A stretch of DNA of 32,000 bases. Source: Alkanindiges sp. WGS2144 (GTDB lineage: Bacteria > Pseudomonadota > Gammaproteobacteria > Pseudomonadales > Moraxellaceae). The stretch lies in NCBI RefSeq assembly GCF_043950625.1, contig NZ_CP171007.1. One strand, 5' to 3'. The first letter of the stretch is position 1. Every line of letters starts with the position of its first letter. Made by a program: the position numbers and the translations under genes. Below the pieces are notes generated by a model. The model had not been told where the DNA came from, ran no database searches, and saw only the letters and a program-made list of their open reading frames with translations. This document shows positions 29,989 to 32,000 of the stretch, piece by piece.

Positions 29989-30125
29989 TAGCTATTTTCA
30001 TCCCGTCATATTGAGTGTTTATTTTATAAACCATCTAGTATTTTTGCTCTAGACTTAAGTCTTGATTAAAAAGGTATTGTACTTTTAGGCTCATTTTAAA
30101 TTTTTTGTCACTTTGCCCTACCCAT

Positions 30126-30155
30126 TAAAAAGCGCTTTATACTTTAAATAAAGCG
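30126..30155 (-). terminator. rho-independent terminator of pssA
   Basis: On the minus strand CGCTTTAT, a 7-nt loop and ATAAAGCG are followed by CTTTTTAAT. The site lies 35 nt after the pssA stop. Confidence 0.65.
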
Positions 30156-30189
30156 TCTCCTAAATCTGGCTCATACCTATGTTATAAAT

Positions 30190-31014
30190 TTATGACTTAC
30201 TGGAACGACTCATGATGGTTGTAACTATACCTGATAGCGCATAAATCAATGCGACGACTAAAATACCAATAGGAATATTGTAAGTTACAGCACCTAATAT
30301 CAGTACTACTGGCAACATCACTGCAAAAGGAACTCGCTTACGATCCAGCTGTTTAAAACTGAAATACTTCACGTTACTGATCATCAGTAAGCCTGCAATT
30401 ACAATGATTGTGGCATAAGTAATTTGCCAGGACAGGTCGGAAACAACAAACAGGGAGGGGTTATCAATTCCTACCCATACTGAACTGATCACTAAAATGG
30501 CCGCCAATGGACTTGCCAGCCCAATGAAGTAACGTTTATCAACCGTGCCAATGTGCACATTAAAACGTGCCAGGCGAAAAGCAGCGCAGGCTGTATAGAT
30601 AAACGCACAGGCTAACCCAATACGACCCAGAGGCTCTAGTGCCCAGCTGTAAACCAGCATAGCCGGCGCTACTCCAAAGGACAGCATATCGGACAGGGAA
30701 TCGTATTGCTCGCCAAAGGCACTTTGTGCGCCAGTCCAGCGGGCTACCCGGCCATCGAGCCCATCGAACAGGGCCGCCAGAAAGATCGCAATAATGGCAT
30801 GATTAAATTCATTATTACTACTGGCAATAATAGAATAGAAACCTGATAGCAATGCAGCAGTAGTAATAAGGTTGGGCCACAGGTAGATACCTTTGCTCTT
30901 AATTCGGTGACCTTCCTGGGTGTGCTCTTCTTCTACAATTTCAAACGTCAGGCCATCATGATCTTCATCAAGCGACCCTGGTGAGCGTGGTTCCAGATTA
31001 GAAGGCTGTGGCAT
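30190..31014 (-). CDS. pssA: CDP-diacylglycerol--serine O-phosphatidyltransferase (type II PssA)
   Basis: The 274-aa polytopic protein carries the CDP-alcohol phosphatidyltransferase motif DGLDGRVARWTGAQSAFGEQYDSLSD. Confidence 0.88.
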   Translation of the reverse strand: MPQPSNLEPRSPGSLDEDHDGLTFEIVEEEHTQEGHRIKSKGIYLWPNLITTAALLSGFYSIIASSNNEFNHAIIAIFLAALFDGLDGRVARWTGAQSAFGEQYDSLSDMLSFGVAPAMLVYSWALEPLGRIGLACAFIYTACAAFRLARFNVHIGTVDKRYFIGLASPLAAILVISSVWVGIDNPSLFVVSDLSWQITYATIIVIAGLLMISNVKYFSFKQLDRKRVPFAVMLPVVLILGAVTYNIPIGILVVALIYALSGIVTTIMSRSSKS

Positions 31015-31077
31015 GATTTAGCTCCACTGTTCTTGGTTAATTATGGATGTATCAGTTATTTTTACCTGGCAATTCTT

Positions 31078-31935
31078 TTATTCACCTGCCAACCAGCGTA
31101 CCGCAGCATGTCCGCCATTCTCACTCATTTTCAGATGGGGAAACAGCCATTGCAATATTGCTTCAGCCTGATCGGCAAATTGCCATGGCGGGTTAATAAT
31201 TAACATTCCGCAGCCATTTAGCCCAACAGGCGTATCATCTGGCCAAACGCACAGCTCACAAACCAGCTGTTTTTTAATTCCTGTTTTAAGCATTTTTTTC
31301 TCAAAACGCTCAATCATACTGCGATCTTTGATGGGATACCACAACACATACACGCCTGTCGGCCATTTTTTATGAGCAGTAGTTAATAGCTCAACCAACT
31401 GTGGAAAGTCCTTTCGCTCCGTTTCGTAAGGTGGATCAATCATGATCAGGCCACGTTTTTCTGGAGGTGGAATAACAGCCAGTAGCCCTTCATAAGCGTC
31501 CCGCCGGTGTACACCAAAACGTGTATCCCGAACATGATGCTTAAGCTGAAAAAACACCTCAGGCTGCATTTCAAATACTGTCGCTGTATCCTGCTGACGC
31601 AAATGCTGACTGCTAAACCAGGGTGATCCCGGGTACCAGCCCTTGCCCTGCTGGCCGCGTAGTTGCTCAATATCTTTTAAATAGGTCTGAATGGATTTGG
31701 GGGCCTGTGCAGTGATTGAACGATTGAGCTGAACCAGTCGATGTATGCCTTCCAAGTACTCCCCTGACTTTTGTGAGGGCGCTAATGACAAATCATACAT
31801 CCCCTCGCCACCATGCGTATCAATATAACGATAGGGTTTGTCCTTAATGTTCAGGTGGCTGAGCAGCTCTATAAGCAGAACATGCTTCATTACATCAGCA
31901 AAATTACCCGCGTGAAAATGATGTCGATAATTCAT
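31078..31935 (-). CDS. rlmJ: 23S rRNA (adenine2030-N6)-methyltransferase RlmJ
   Basis: The 285-aa protein has the N-terminus MNYRHHFHAGNFADVMKH and the catalytic DPPYE block, characteristic of RlmJ/YhiR. Confidence 0.88.
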   Translation of the reverse strand: MNYRHHFHAGNFADVMKHVLLIELLSHLNIKDKPYRYIDTHGGEGMYDLSLAPSQKSGEYLEGIHRLVQLNRSITAQAPKSIQTYLKDIEQLRGQQGKGWYPGSPWFSSQHLRQQDTATVFEMQPEVFFQLKHHVRDTRFGVHRRDAYEGLLAVIPPPEKRGLIMIDPPYETERKDFPQLVELLTTAHKKWPTGVYVLWYPIKDRSMIERFEKKMLKTGIKKQLVCELCVWPDDTPVGLNGCGMLIINPPWQFADQAEAILQWLFPHLKMSENGGHAAVRWLAGE

Positions 31936-32000
31936 GATCTAATTTAACAGCCTGAAGATAAATTTTGCTTAATGGTAGCACGAACTATCCCTCTAATTTG

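Overview
This 32-kb window is chromosomal and mostly housekeeping, from a gammaproteobacterium. By eye (no search was run), the rRNA, the Ile/Ala-tRNA spacer and the protein sequences look Moraxellaceae/Acinetobacter-like.

Content from left to right:
- hflX
- an lrgA/lrgB-like membrane pair
- a secreted DUF2147 protein, followed by an 11-codon relic of a paralogue
- an orphan membrane ORF that convergently overlaps apaH
- the pdxA-rsmA(ksgA)-apaH operon (minus strand)
- a BCCT osmolyte transporter
- rplM-rpsI
- an intact 1,438-bp IS3-family (IS150-group-like) insertion sequence, inserted 43 bp after rpsI
- a PlsC-superfamily acyltransferase
- alkB-alkA (minus strand)
- sspA-sspB plus an orphan tail-anchored ORF
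- an alpha/beta hydrolase carrying a C-terminal PilZ-like domain
- proA, prc and nagZ
- an LCMT-type SAM methyltransferase and a 94-aa GNAT
- a complete rrn operon on the minus strand (16S, tRNA-Ile(GAU), tRNA-Ala(UGC), 23S, 5S) with tandem promoters and terminator
- pssA and rlmJ

I found no CRISPR array, prophage, toxin-antitoxin pair, defence island or secretion cluster, and no convincing multi-gene novel system. The best leads for new biology are single loci: the hydrolase-PilZ fusion, two orphan membrane ORFs, the IS insertion context, the DUF2147 relic and a hairpin cluster downstream of 5S. All family calls rest on motifs read by eye from the supplied translations.
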